64,000 nucleotides of DNA from a virus (Duplodnaviria; Caudoviricetes): positions 1-64,000 of the IMG/VR virus record IMGVR_UViG_3300033074_000711; one strand, written 5' to 3'. Positions 1-9,734 of this stretch are shown in pieces. The first letter of the stretch is position 1; the number at the start of each line of letters is the position of its first letter. Below the pieces are notes generated by a model. It was not told the origin of the DNA. It made no database searches and was given only the letters and a program-made list of their open reading frames with translations. Position numbers and translations under genes: made by a program.

Positions 1-200
1 TTTAATTCAGCAAATTCATTAATTAAAAATTTATTAATATCATCAAAAAAATCTGACGTTATTAAGAATGATTCATTTAGGTCTATTTCTAATATAAAAC
101 CAAGCGGTTCATTAGCACGTAAACTTAAATGCGTTACGTGGTAATCTTTTATATATTCTCTTAATAACTTTTCAACTAACTCTAAAAATCTTAAAATCAT
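1..200 (-). CDS. hypothetical protein, runs off the left edge (MILRFLELVEKLL...)
   Basis: Hand-translated: ATG at 200 with GAGGT RBS at ~207-211, frame open to position 1; not in ORF track. Confidence 0.7.
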   Translation of the reverse strand, partial: MILRFLELVEKLLREYIKDYHVTHLSLRANEPLGFILEIDLNESFLITSDFFDDINKFLINEFAEL

Positions 201-231
201 AATATAACCTCTTATTGTTTAATTTTATTAT

Positions 232-666
232 TTAAAATTTTTCTAAAGTTTTAATAGCTTTAAAATGGTAAGTATTTAATTTTTTTAAATATTTTGCATT
301 TATCAGTTCTTGCATATGTTCAAATTCATAATCCTGAACTAATAATGACTTAGTTAATTTATTCATATCGCTATCAGTTAAGTTAAAATGATACTGTGTT
401 AACATTTTAACATAAATTGGCCCGTCTGTTATTCTCATAGTACAGCGGTCTCTGGTTAAAATATTCGGATAATTTTTTTTCTTTAATAACACATCAAATT
501 TATCACCAAAATTATTTTCACCTAATATTAATCCTCTTACGATACCAAATTTTGCATAAGTAACATCAGTAATAACAAATTGATATTTTGTATTTATATC
601 ACCCCAAACTTGTCCTACTTTAAAATTGGGTTTTGGCAATAATAAGTTTTCTATTATTTTATTCAT
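232..666 (-). CDS. hypothetical protein
   Basis: 144-aa ORF, FKVGQVW N-terminal motif, packed with neighbours. Confidence 0.7.
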   Translation of the reverse strand: MNKIIENLLLPKPNFKVGQVWGDINTKYQFVITDVTYAKFGIVRGLILGENNFGDKFDVLLKKKNYPNILTRDRCTMRITDGPIYVKMLTQYHFNLTDSDMNKLTKSLLVQDYEFEHMQELINAKYLKKLNTYHFKAIKTLEKF

Positions 667-669
667 TTC

Positions 670-888
670 CTACTCCAATTTTTTATTGAAATTAAGTAAA
701 GCTTGTATAGCTTCTTTTTTTGTTTTATAATCATTTGATTTAATTTTAATGGTAAATGACCAACTTGGTGGAATTCCATCATCATACATACTTTCGTAAT
801 ATTCAATAGTTCCTATAAATTCATCATTTTCATAAACATCATATTCAATATTATTTTCTTCGTTTAATCTTTTTTCACTTAGTTTCAT
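670..888 (-). CDS. hypothetical protein
   Basis: 72-aa ORF with GAGGT RBS. Confidence 0.7.
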   Translation of the reverse strand: MKLSEKRLNEENNIEYDVYENDEFIGTIEYYESMYDDGIPPSWSFTIKIKSNDYKTKKEAIQALLNFNKKLE

Positions 889-913
889 AATATAACCTCT
901 TATTATTTATTTT

Positions 914-1201
914 TTAATAACACATGTTGCATTTACCAAATGATAACTTTTTTTCTAATAATTGAATAATTTTAAGGTATTCATCTTTTGTTATATTGTA
1001 ATGTTCGCATTGTGTTCTAATATTTTGTTCATCTGTGCTACCAATGAACTTTGTATTAGTGCATGAATATTTATCTTCTTTATCAAATTTATGTACACCA
1101 AAATCTTTTATTGAACCTTGCTTTTCGTTTATTTTGAAAACTAAAGGATAACATAAAAATCTAGTTACATGGAATTCAAGTTTCATTTTAAACCTCACCA
1201 T
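914..1201 (-). CDS. hypothetical protein (C-terminal CxxC)
   Basis: ORF track; ends GKCNMCY; start uncertain. Confidence 0.65.
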   Translation of the reverse strand: MVRFKMKLEFHVTRFLCYPLVFKINEKQGSIKDFGVHKFDKEDKYSCTNTKFIGSTDEQNIRTQCEHYNITKDEYLKIIQLLEKKLSFGKCNMCY

Positions 1202-1490
1202 TTATATATAAATTTTTAACTGTATTTATATCATCCTGTTCTATATCAATATTAGTTATTTCAACATCATCTATTTCGCTTTTACTATCTAAAATAAATA
1301 ACTTAACGGTAAATTCGCCATTATACATCCACATTTTCATCCACATCGTTCTGGAGTTTCCATCTCCTAAATATGTCGTATACACATCATAAAATGATGT
1401 AACTTTACAACAGTGTGATGACCAGTATGATATGCTGTGATTATTTTCTTCTGCATATTTTTTTAATATGTTTTCTAATTGCTTGTTCAT
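1188..1490 (-). CDS. hypothetical early protein
   Basis: First gene after a promoter repeat, GAGGT RBS. Confidence 0.7.
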   Translation of the reverse strand: MNKQLENILKKYAEENNHSISYWSSHCCKVTSFYDVYTTYLGDGNSRTMWMKMWMYNGEFTVKLFILDSKSEIDDVEITNIDIEQDDINTVKNLYINGEV

Positions 1491-1585
1491 AATGTAACCT
1501 CTTAATAATTAATTTAATTTACATTATAAATATAATAAAAAATAATTAAAAAGTAAATAGTTAGTAAAAAAAATTATCATAATAA
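1491..1585 (-). promoter_or_regulatory. early promoter/RBS repeat copy 1 (TTTACT-N17-TATATT, then GAGGTTACA RBS)
   Basis: Minus strand reads taactaTTTACTttttaattattttttatTATATT...gaggttacattATG; near-identical copies at 12 other sites. Confidence 0.85.
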
Positions 1586-2359
1586 TTTTATTATTTTACC
1601 ACCATGATAATGAACCATATTACCTAAATAAGTTGGGTACATAATATTTTTATGGCTACCATCATGTATATTAAAAAACTTTATAAAGTTAATAAGTTTT
1701 TTAACACCTAAATCATTTAGCATATTTAATTTTCTTATTTCACTAACAGCATTAGCTAAAACTTGTTCACTACAGAATCCATCGAATAACTCCCATGCTT
1801 TTTTATTTTCTTTATTATTTATATATATATTATAATATTTTAATAAATTATTTTCATCATATAAATTTTTAAATAATTTATTTTTTATTATATAAAAATT
1901 TGTTTGCGGGTAAAAATATTCTTGAGAATGTATTTTATTTATTAAATTAACATCACTGAGAGCATTATAACCAATGTTGTTAATGTAATAAAAATCATTT
2001 GAATTATTTAATTCATACTCTAAAATATTTTTATTGATTATTAAATCAATTGACATTTTTATAAAGTAATTAAAATTAGTATCATAAAAATATTTATGAA
2101 CCATATTATCCATGTCAATTGTGCCGAAGGTGTGACCTAAGTTACGTTTTAATTTTATTACTTGTATATTAGTTTTAATATACTTTTTTAATATATTTTT
2201 AAAATTATTTTTATCATAATCATTTATTATGAATAAAATAAAAGGAAACTCATTATAAAAATTACTATTGTTTTTTATAAGAGTTTCTAAAAAATATATA
2301 TTATCAGCAGTGGGTGTTGCTATAACACCCACTGCTGTATTACTATCTTTTATTTTCAT
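1577..2359 (-). CDS. hypothetical protein, possibly glycosyltransferase-like
   Basis: 260 aa; IKLKRNLGHTFG and FIKMSIDLII loosely resemble GT-A fold motifs; weak. Confidence 0.45.
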   Translation of the reverse strand: MKIKDSNTAVGVIATPTADNIYFLETLIKNNSNFYNEFPFILFIINDYDKNNFKNILKKYIKTNIQVIKLKRNLGHTFGTIDMDNMVHKYFYDTNFNYFIKMSIDLIINKNILEYELNNSNDFYYINNIGYNALSDVNLINKIHSQEYFYPQTNFYIIKNKLFKNLYDENNLLKYYNIYINNKENKKAWELFDGFCSEQVLANAVSEIRKLNMLNDLGVKKLINFIKFFNIHDGSHKNIMYPTYLGNMVHYHGGKIIKLL

Positions 2360-2439
2360 TTTTTAGTCTGCATTATTCCTACAACACACATTATTACTGT
2401 AGCTAAGCAGAACATGGCTAAAACATGGTGTATTTGCAT
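2356..2439 (-). CDS. small membrane peptide, 27 aa (MQIHHVLAMFCLATVIMCVVGIMQTKK)
   Basis: Hand-translated; GAGGT RBS; stop overlaps next ATG (ATGA). Confidence 0.6.
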   Translation of the reverse strand: MQIHHVLAMFCLATVIMCVVGIMQTKK

Positions 2440-2459
2440 TATTTTATTACCTCTTGTAT

Positions 2460-2729
2460 TTAATCAGCTAAAAATTCATGTATTTTATCAATATACTTAA
2501 CAATGTTATTTAACTGTTGAACCGCATTAACACAACCTAGTTCAACAACAGTTGCATCTAAATTTTCGTAAATGCTTATTAAATATTCAGTTTTATAAGC
2601 TTTAACGATATATCCTTTAGCCGCACCACTATATAAATATTTTTCTTTATATCTTGCATTAGGCGTGTCAAGTAAAATTCCTGCCAATACTTCTGATTCA
2701 ACTCTGGTTAACTTTTCAACTTTTTTCAT
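2460..2729 (-). CDS. hypothetical early protein
   Basis: 89-aa ORF directly after a promoter repeat. Confidence 0.7.
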   Translation of the reverse strand: MKKVEKLTRVESEVLAGILLDTPNARYKEKYLYSGAAKGYIVKAYKTEYLISIYENLDATVVELGCVNAVQQLNNIVKYIDKIHEFLAD

Positions 2730-2825
2730 AATGTAACCTCTTAATAATTAATTTAATTTACATATATAATATAATAAAAAATAATTAAAAAGTAAATAGT
2801 TAGTGAAAATAATTATCATAATAAT
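2730..2825 (-). promoter_or_regulatory. early promoter/RBS repeat copy 2
   Basis: Almost identical to 1491-1585; -35 at 2791-2796. Confidence 0.85.
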
Positions 2826-2853
2826 TATTTTATTTTTTATCAAGTGTGTTTAA

Positions 2854-3141
2854 TTAACTATCAATTAAAAAGTTTAATAACTTTGGTGATACTGGTGAAA
2901 AGAAATCTTTAGATTCTACATATACAACATAATCACCATCATGTGCAATTAACGTATCAATATTATTTTCACATAATATTAATCTTCCTAATATATCTGT
3001 AGATAAAAATAAATTACTACTACAATTATTAGTATATTTACTCAAATAATCTGGGTAATCAATCATTCCATCTTTATTTATACCAAATGTTTTATTAAAA
3101 GAACCTTTCCATCTAAAATATTTTATATTATTCATACCCAA
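2854..3141 (-). CDS. hypothetical protein
   Basis: 95-aa ORF; IAHDGDYVV motif. Confidence 0.65.
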   Translation of the reverse strand: MGMNNIKYFRWKGSFNKTFGINKDGMIDYPDYLSKYTNNCSSNLFLSTDILGRLILCENNIDTLIAHDGDYVVYVESKDFFSPVSPKLLNFLIDS

Positions 3142-3152
3142 CTCCTTCTAAA

Positions 3153-3326
3153 TTAGCAAGTGAATAGCCCATCTCCTTCTAACTCAGCATATGCTTTAGC
3201 TAAATATATAATTCTATTTATTTGTTTAATTGTACTGCGGTTTTTTTTACTCAAGTTATTAAATAAAATTGAATAATTAACTTTCCAGTCTGCTGTATAT
3301 ATTAATTCAGAATATTCTCTTTTCAT
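3153..3326 (-). CDS. hypothetical protein, 57 aa (MKREYSELIYTADWK...)
   Basis: Hand-translated; TAATG overlap with upstream stop; fills a gap. Confidence 0.55.
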   Translation of the reverse strand: MKREYSELIYTADWKVNYSILFNNLSKKNRSTIKQINRIIYLAKAYAELEGDGLFTC

Positions 3327-3640
3327 TATGATAACATATCCTCAATAGCTTCTTCTAATGTATTTCCGTAACTATATTCAATAAAATCATCACTCCAGTT
3401 TTCTGGTGAGAAACAAATTTCTTCACCATATTTAGTATCACGTAAATATGCGTTTATCGGCATGTCAGTTCCTTTCGGTGCAACTAACCATAAGTCACAA
3501 CCATATTTTTTTACTTCGAATCTCTCAGCTATCTCTGCATCTGAGATTTCTTTTATTTCTGTTATTACTGTGCTGATTTCGGTAATTATATTACCAGTTT
3601 CAATTTTTGAATAATCTCGTTTTTGAACAATATATTTCAT
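3326..3640 (-). CDS. hypothetical protein, tandem paralogue of 3656-3985
   Basis: Shared MKY.V.K.DYS.IE.GN and PENWSDD. Confidence 0.75.
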   Translation of the reverse strand: MKYIVQKRDYSKIETGNIITEISTVITEIKEISDAEIAERFEVKKYGCDLWLVAPKGTDMPINAYLRDTKYGEEICFSPENWSDDFIEYSYGNTLEEAIEDMLS

Positions 3641-3655
3641 TTATAACCTCAATAA

Positions 3656-3985
3656 TTAAAATTTAAATTTATCTAAATCTAAACTTTCTAATAATGATTT
3701 AATTGCTTCTTCAGATGAATTTTCACTGTAGGCATAATATATATCGTCACTCCAGTTTTCTGGTTCAAATCTAACTTCATCATCAGTTGTTATCCATGCA
3801 TCTTCTGGTAACTTAGTACCTTTTAACACTACAACAAATAAATTACTATAAACACCAATATCAAAAAGTTCATCAATCTTTTGTTGGCTAATCTCTCTTG
3901 TTTCCGTTACTACAACTGTAGTTTCAACAGTTGTGTTACCAATTTCTATTCTTGAATAATCTTGTTTTTTAACAGTGTATTTCAT
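3656..3985 (-). CDS. hypothetical protein, tandem paralogue of 3326-3640
   Basis: As above; GAGGT RBS. Confidence 0.75.
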   Translation of the reverse strand: MKYTVKKQDYSRIEIGNTTVETTVVVTETREISQQKIDELFDIGVYSNLFVVVLKGTKLPEDAWITTDDEVRFEPENWSDDIYYAYSENSSEEAIKSLLESLDLDKFKF

Positions 3986-4009
3986 TTTGTAACCTCTTAT
4001 ATTAATGTA

Positions 4010-4312
4010 TTAAAAAGTAAATTCTTCATTGTAATCAACTGAAGCATTATAATATATTGCTGAGTTATCTTCAGTATCATAAAACTTTTTTACTATATTA
4101 TATGTATCTTCATCTGATACTATTCTAGTTTCATTATCATCATCATTATAATCAACAATAAAATACTTCCAGCTACTATCATCTATTTTTTGAAAAACTA
4201 AGTAATAACTACTTGACTCCATTTCTTCACAAAAGAACTCACCGATAACTGGATACATAGTGATAACTATTTCTTTATTTTCATTCATTATCTTTCTAAC
4301 CATGTCTTCCAT
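4010..4312 (-). CDS. hypothetical acidic early protein
   Basis: After promoter copy 3. Confidence 0.7.
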   Translation of the reverse strand: MEDMVRKIMNENKEIVITMYPVIGEFFCEEMESSSYYLVFQKIDDSSWKYFIVDYNDDDNETRIVSDEDTYNIVKKFYDTEDNSAIYYNASVDYNEEFTF

Positions 4313-4405
4313 TTTATAACCTCAATAATTAATTTAATTTACATATATAATATAATACATTTTTTATAAAAAGTAAATAGTTAGTAAAAAAAAATTATCA
4401 TAATA
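4313..4405 (-). promoter_or_regulatory. early promoter/RBS repeat copy 3
   Basis: -35 at 4372-4377, same consensus. Confidence 0.85.
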
Positions 4406-4406
4406 A

Positions 4407-5036
4407 TTATTTTTCATTTAACTTATCATTAAAATAATTTTTAAATAACTCAGCGGCTCTATTAGAAGAAGATGCTATATACCATTTAGTTATATTTTTA
4501 TAATTATTAATATTAATACTTAAATCAATATTCCAGCAATACAATACCACTACTTCATTATTATAATTAAATACATTAATATTATCGTATATATTGAATC
4601 TCCATTCACATACTAAACCTCTGTAAGTTTGCTCTAATATATGTTCTTTATCTAATATACTAACTATATTAGAATAATCAATATCTAAACTTGAATTATA
4701 AGTAACTCGGTCTAAATTGTTTGTGCTTTTTAATTTTGTTAATTTAATACTATCTTCTATTTTATATATATTAAAATAGAAGTTCATCATTATTGTATCA
4801 GATATGCGGTGGTAACTTATATTCTGTATTTTTATGTTGTGATTTAATTTTCTAAATTGATTTGCTAAACTGGTGTGTATGCCTGTTATTATTGTTTGGT
4901 CTATGTAAAAAATATCTTTTGTGATGCTGATTAAGATTGTAGAGTTGTTGCTGAATAATAATGTGTCTATTTTATAATTGAATTGGGTTTCAAATGTTTG
5001 AGTGAGTATTTTGCTTATTCTATCTCTTGGTAACAT
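4407..5036 (-). CDS. hypothetical protein
   Basis: 209-aa ORF, AGGAG RBS; 5' half has atypical strand composition. Confidence 0.6.
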   Translation of the reverse strand: MLPRDRISKILTQTFETQFNYKIDTLLFSNNSTILISITKDIFYIDQTIITGIHTSLANQFRKLNHNIKIQNISYHRISDTIMMNFYFNIYKIEDSIKLTKLKSTNNLDRVTYNSSLDIDYSNIVSILDKEHILEQTYRGLVCEWRFNIYDNINVFNYNNEVVVLYCWNIDLSININNYKNITKWYIASSSNRAAELFKNYFNDKLNEK

Positions 5037-5421
5037 TGCTGGTGACTCCTGTTTTGGTTTATTAATTATTATTGAAATAATAATTGTTTGGTAATAATTA
5101 TTTTTTATTTTGAATTTTTTTTGGGTGGAGCGGTTGAGTGAGTAGTAATTTTTAATTTATTTCCGCTTTGTTTTTACTATTACTTTACTCATTTTTCAAA
5201 ATAATAAAAAACTTTTTATCATACTATTTTTACCCCACCCTAACTGCGAAATCTAACGTAAAATTGACAAATGAATAACTCATTCTTTCACACTACATCA
5301 TAATACCTCACATTTAAAACAATAAACACACACTCACTATATTAAAATATACTCACCAGTTCAATAAATGACCATATATTCCAAAATATGACCACTCAGT
5401 CTAAAAATGTACATAAAATTA
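5037..5421. other. longest intergenic region; G/T to C/A skew switch; candidate origin, packaging site or structured RNA
   Basis: No ORF of 60 aa or more; GGGTGG 5123-5128 / CCACCC 5235-5240; TTGAGTGAGTA at 4998 and 5134; several ACTCA to the right. Confidence 0.35.
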
Positions 5422-5712
5422 CTAATATTTACAATTTTCTAAATACTTATTACGTATTTTATTTAGTTGTATTATTATCTTATCATATATATTATTACAA
5501 TCTATAATATTAAAATAAAAATACTCATTATATCCATATGTATATTTACAATCACAATCACTATTATAATATACTTCTATATCATTTTCTTCTGTTACAT
5601 ATATAGTACAAATAGAATTATTATGTTCACTTATATATTTTTCAACTTCATGCATTAACTTTACTGGATTGTTTAATAATACATCAATATAATATAATCT
5701 TGTATAATACAT
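5422..5712 (-). CDS. hypothetical protein, paralogue of the C-terminus of 6289-6762
   Basis: Shared Y(I/V)xVLLNNPxKxM...CTI. Confidence 0.65.
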   Translation of the reverse strand: MYYTRLYYIDVLLNNPVKLMHEVEKYISEHNNSICTIYVTEENDIEVYYNSDCDCKYTYGYNEYFYFNIIDCNNIYDKIIIQLNKIRNKYLENCKY

Positions 5713-5715
5713 ATT

Positions 5716-6285
5716 TTACTCAGTTTTACATGGAAAATCAAAGTAATCATCAAGTTTTAAATCTTTAACTTTATAAACAAACATTCCTTTAGTACCATTA
5801 TTATATATGCCATATGTACGTATTGATTCTGGTGTTAGTTTATCAGTATCAAAGCATAATAATATGTTTTCTTTTTCATTTTCTTCTTTGTTTGCTAATT
5901 CTTTCAATATGTGTTTTGGTATTGAAATTACTAATTTATTATTATTTACAAATTTATATGGGTCTGAAACTTTTACGCTTTCTTTTTCTAATGGATATTT
6001 ATTAATGCTTCTATTACTTTCAAATGTTAAATATAATATATTATCTTCTAATACTATTGCTATATACTGTTCTTTTCTTATTTTAGTTAATAAATCAGCA
6101 TCAAAGTTATATATGTGTTCACCTAATAAATTCTTTTCTTCTTCTGTTAATTCAATATCAAAGTTTTTTATTATGTATTGGTCGCTTGAATATATTTTGT
6201 TATTAATGCTATCTAAAAATAATTTGTTATGAAAGTGGTTATCTTTGTTCATTTTTACTGATTTAGAATTTGTTAATATATACAT
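5716..6285 (-). CDS. hypothetical protein
   Basis: 189-aa ORF, AGGAG RBS. Confidence 0.7.
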   Translation of the reverse strand: MYILTNSKSVKMNKDNHFHNKLFLDSINNKIYSSDQYIIKNFDIELTEEEKNLLGEHIYNFDADLLTKIRKEQYIAIVLEDNILYLTFESNRSINKYPLEKESVKVSDPYKFVNNNKLVISIPKHILKELANKEENEKENILLCFDTDKLTPESIRTYGIYNNGTKGMFVYKVKDLKLDDYFDFPCKTE

Positions 6286-6288
6286 TTT

Positions 6289-6762
6289 TTATCTCCTTTT
6301 AAAATATTTTTTATTTAATTTTTCTATTATTTTACCATATATATCAATATAACTATTTCCTTTAATATCTATATCAATATAAAATATATTTTCAGTGTTC
6401 TTTATAAAACTGCGTGTATAACTTATGTTGTTATCACCATCTACACAAATAGTACATTTACATCTATAATTTTTTGTGGTTAGTTTTATAATGTTCATTA
6501 CTTTTTCTGGATTATTTAATAATACATTTACATAACATTGCTTTGTGTAATATGTATTTTGTTTTGTTCCTAATATAATTATTAATATTATGGTTATAAT
6601 AAGAAATAAACATACACTGATATTTTCTGTTGTAAAACCTTCATAAATAAATAAAAATGGTGTAAATAATATTAAATATAATAATATCATATGGAAAAAA
6701 TATAATATGATAAAATCAGCATTGTAATAAAATCTTTTTAATTTGTTTTTTATATATTTCAT
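6289..6762 (-). CDS. membrane protein (2 TM) with soluble C-terminal domain
   Basis: Two hydrophobic stretches near the N-terminus. Confidence 0.65.
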   Translation of the reverse strand: MKYIKNKLKRFYYNADFIILYFFHMILLYLILFTPFLFIYEGFTTENISVCLFLIITIILIIILGTKQNTYYTKQCYVNVLLNNPEKVMNIIKLTTKNYRCKCTICVDGDNNISYTRSFIKNTENIFYIDIDIKGNSYIDIYGKIIEKLNKKYFKRR

Positions 6763-6767
6763 ATTAT

Positions 6768-7379
6768 TTATAAGTTATCCTTATTTTGTTCTTTTTCTAT
6801 TTTTAATAGATATTTATATATTTTTTTATATTTTTCTATAAATTCTTTCTTTTCTTCAATTATCATAAAATCTAATAAATTACTATTAATTAGCTTATTT
6901 GGTGATAATATTGTAAATTCATTAATTATTATACTAGTATCGCCTATTATTTGAATATCACCGTGTGTAAAATATATTGGAATATTAATGTGGTAATACG
7001 TTAATGATTTGGCAGTGCAATATGTTTCTATTTTATATTTAGTTTTAATATTAATTAATTCAGCACGGTAACCTAAATTACACTCATATGGTTTAGATTT
7101 CCAAATATTATTATTCTTTTCAAAATCATTAATAGAATTTACGACATTAACGCATTGGTCTATTGATTGTAGGTTGTTATCAGATTTTATTTTTATTCCT
7201 GCTTTATTTTTATTAAGCTTATATTTATAATTAATGTATAATGAATTAAGAGATGGTATATTACTATTAACATCTAATTTAAAAAATTTATTAGCAATAT
7301 AACCAGTATATTTATATATATTTGGAAATCTAAATCTTATTAAAAAGTAATTTTTATTAGTCATTGTTTGTAAACACAT
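6768..7379 (-). CDS. hypothetical protein
   Basis: 203-aa ORF. Confidence 0.65.
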   Translation of the reverse strand: MCLQTMTNKNYFLIRFRFPNIYKYTGYIANKFFKLDVNSNIPSLNSLYINYKYKLNKNKAGIKIKSDNNLQSIDQCVNVVNSINDFEKNNNIWKSKPYECNLGYRAELINIKTKYKIETYCTAKSLTYYHINIPIYFTHGDIQIIGDTSIIINEFTILSPNKLINSNLLDFMIIEEKKEFIEKYKKIYKYLLKIEKEQNKDNL

Positions 7380-7394
7380 GATTTATACCTATTT

Positions 7395-7754
7395 TTAATT
7401 TTTTATTGGTTTTAATAAATAACAATCAGATAATCTTTCATCCAGTACTACCTTTTTACAAAATAATGAACAATGCTCGCTACTCTTAAATGATAATAAA
7501 TAAATGCAATTAGGTGAGCAATGTGTGTTGTTTGAATCTGATATTAAAATATTATTTAGTATAGTTTCAATTATTGATTCTCTTTTTAAAAACTCAATAT
7601 ATTCTAATTTTTTTGCGGATAAATCTTTAAGAATATTAATAGTATCATAATAATTATCATCAGATTGATTAATATCTAATTTTCTCTCATATTTGTTTAT
7701 TTCATCATTTATTTTATTTAATTCATTTTTCACTAAATCTATAGTATTTTTCAT
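7395..7754 (-). CDS. hypothetical protein (coiled coil + Cys-rich C-terminus)
   Basis: CSPNC...CSLFC...C. Confidence 0.65.
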   Translation of the reverse strand: MKNTIDLVKNELNKINDEINKYERKLDINQSDDNYYDTINILKDLSAKKLEYIEFLKRESIIETILNNILISDSNNTHCSPNCIYLLSFKSSEHCSLFCKKVVLDERLSDCYLLKPIKN

Positions 7755-7782
7755 GATGATTTTATCTATTTTATTTAAATAA

Positions 7783-8184
7783 TTATTTTTTATATGGTTT
7801 GTTATTATTAAATCCTTTCAATACTTTTAATGAATCTTTATATTCTTCTTTTAATTTAACAGCTTTTATATAATTACTAACCGATTGTTCTGGTGTGTTA
7901 GATACACCTTGTAACTCAATATTATTTAAAAATTGTTCATCATCTATATTATATTCAACTGTGTAATATTTGTTATTTATTTTATACGTTACAAATTCTA
8001 AATTATTATTAAATATTAATAACTTTATAAAACACATTGAAAGAAATAATGAGATAAAAACAATAGTAGATAATATAGCAAAAATAACTTTACTATGTAA
8101 TTTTTCATAAACTATATCTATTCCAGAATATTGGAATAATAATGTTAATATTGCGATGGTTATTAAAAAAATAATTATAAACAT
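7783..8184 (-). CDS. membrane protein (2 TM)
   Basis: Hydrophobic N-terminal segments; AAGGAG RBS. Confidence 0.65.
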   Translation of the reverse strand: MFIIIFLITIAILTLLFQYSGIDIVYEKLHSKVIFAILSTIVFISLFLSMCFIKLLIFNNNLEFVTYKINNKYYTVEYNIDDEQFLNNIELQGVSNTPEQSVSNYIKAVKLKEEYKDSLKVLKGFNNNKPYKK

Positions 8185-8300
8185 TTTTTACTCCTTCTCT
8201 GTTATTTTTGCAGTAATAATAAATTCTGAATCATTTTGAATGTATTGTGAATAACTAGTTAATTCATATTTTGCATATTTAACTAACAATAAATAAATAA

Positions 8301-8531
8301 TTATTTTTTACCAAAAAACACTCTTTCGAGTAGTAATGAATATAAATCTGATATATCAACATAATGTACATTTTTAGGTAAATCTTTATATTCATAATAA
8401 AATGTATTTTTTCCAGCTACCATATAGCCATAACCTTGTTCTCTTGCTTCAACAACTTTTTTTAAATCGGATTTTGTTAAACCAGAAAATACTAGTTTTG
8501 CTGGTATTGGTTTTGGTTCGTTGTTTTTCAT
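8301..8531 (-). CDS. hypothetical early protein
   Basis: After promoter copy 4. Confidence 0.7.
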   Translation of the reverse strand: MKNNEPKPIPAKLVFSGLTKSDLKKVVEAREQGYGYMVAGKNTFYYEYKDLPKNVHYVDISDLYSLLLERVFFGKK

Positions 8532-8615
8532 TTTGTAACCTCTTATATTTAATATTTAATTTAATTTACAATACTAATATAATATATTTTTTATAAAAAG
8601 TAAATGGTTAATTAA
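8532..8615 (-). promoter_or_regulatory. early promoter/RBS repeat copy 4
   Basis: -35 at 8599-8604. Confidence 0.8.
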
Positions 8616-8623
8616 AATATTTT

Positions 8624-9463
8624 TTATAATGAAAACTTATACGTGTTTTTTAATTTTATAACTTTTCTTAATAATTTATATTGCGATACTGCAAATCTAA
8701 TAGCGTTTTCTATTAATATAAAATCGTCTGAATCACGTGGTGTGGAAAACTCTTCTGTTGAATTATCTAACCAATCAATCCATTCATCATATCTTTTAAC
8801 TTTACAACCAACTATTAAATGATAATCGGTCATAACTACATTCCATTTACAACAATTTGCTAAATTTGTTATTTTCGTTGTAACTTTAACATTATTAAAA
8901 ATACTAACATTACCATGAATTTCGGCGTTATCATAAACTTCGGCATTATCATAAATTGTAACATAGCCATAAATTTTAGAATGACCATAAACTTTAGCAT
9001 TATCATAAATATCAATGTTACCACAAATACCAACATCATCATAAACTTCACCATAACCAAAAACCCTAGCATCACCGTTAACTCTAGCATTACCAAAAAC
9101 TTTACCGTTACCAAAAACTCTAGCATTACCATAAACTATAGCATTACCGAAAACTCTAGCACTATCATAAATTACAACAGTATTACAAATACTAGCATTA
9201 TCATAAATTTCAGCATCACCATGAATATTAGCGTTATCATAAACTATAGCATTATTATAAACTCTAGCATTACCATAAACTTTGGCATTACCATAAATCC
9301 AACAATCTCCTTCATGTGATAAATTGCTTTCAGATTCTACATATCCTCCTAAACCGCCTGCTTTTACATTTGAAAAATCTATTAATGATTTTATTCTATA
9401 AAGTTTTTTATAAAAAACTTCTATAAATTCATCAGTTAAAATATATTTATAACAATTTTTCAT
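8624..9463 (-). CDS. hexapeptide-repeat (left-handed beta-helix) phage protein
   Basis: GGYVESESNLSHEGDCWIYGNAKV followed by >20 (Y/F)G(N/D)A(K/R)V-type repeats. Confidence 0.85.
   Translation of the reverse strand: MKNCYKYILTDEFIEVFYKKLYRIKSLIDFSNVKAGGLGGYVESESNLSHEGDCWIYGNAKVYGNARVYNNAIVYDNANIHGDAEIYDNASICNTVVIYDSARVFGNAIVYGNARVFGNGKVFGNARVNGDARVFGYGEVYDDVGICGNIDIYDNAKVYGHSKIYGYVTIYDNAEVYDNAEIHGNVSIFNNVKVTTKITNLANCCKWNVVMTDYHLIVGCKVKRYDEWIDWLDNSTEEFSTPRDSDDFILIENAIRFAVSQYKLLRKVIKLKNTYKFSL
8890..9300 (-). repeat. 18-bp coding tandem repeat of the hexapeptide protein
   Basis: Recurrent gcattaccataaact-type units on the + strand. Confidence 0.8.
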
Positions 9464-9491
9464 AATACGACCTATTAATTAAATTATAATT

Positions 9492-9716
9492 TTATTTTTC
9501 ATATTTTTTTAAAATTTCTCTTACTTTTTCTAAATCATTACTATGTTTAATAAAATTTAAATCATTTAATGCTTCTACACTTTCATTTAATGATTTACTA
9601 TACTTAAACAACATATTTATTTTATTGTTTATCATGTGATACATTTGCACAACAATAAATGCTAAAAATAATAATAATATGTATATTAATATTAATAATA
9701 TTAAAAAATTATTCAC
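9492..9716 (-). CDS. small membrane-anchored protein
   Basis: N-terminal TM; GTG start with GGAG RBS. Confidence 0.6.
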   Translation of the reverse strand: MNNFLILLILIYILLLFLAFIVVQMYHMINNKINMLFKYSKSLNESVEALNDLNFIKHSNDLEKVREILKKYEK

Positions 9717-9734
9717 ACACTACTCCAAAGTTTA

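Noticed and set aside
5264-5304. Plus-strand TTGACA promoter in the intergenic gap
   Set aside because: No -10 box at 16-18-bp spacing and no plus-strand gene downstream
8187-8290. Short open frame LLVKYAKYELTSY...TEKE*
   Set aside because: About 33 codons with no convincing start or RBS; possibly a remnant, not enough to call
8869-9132. Alternate-frame ORF MVMLEFLV... (also 45438-45629 and 21110-21292)
   Set aside because: Off-frame by-products of the 18-bp repeat or of overlapping real genes
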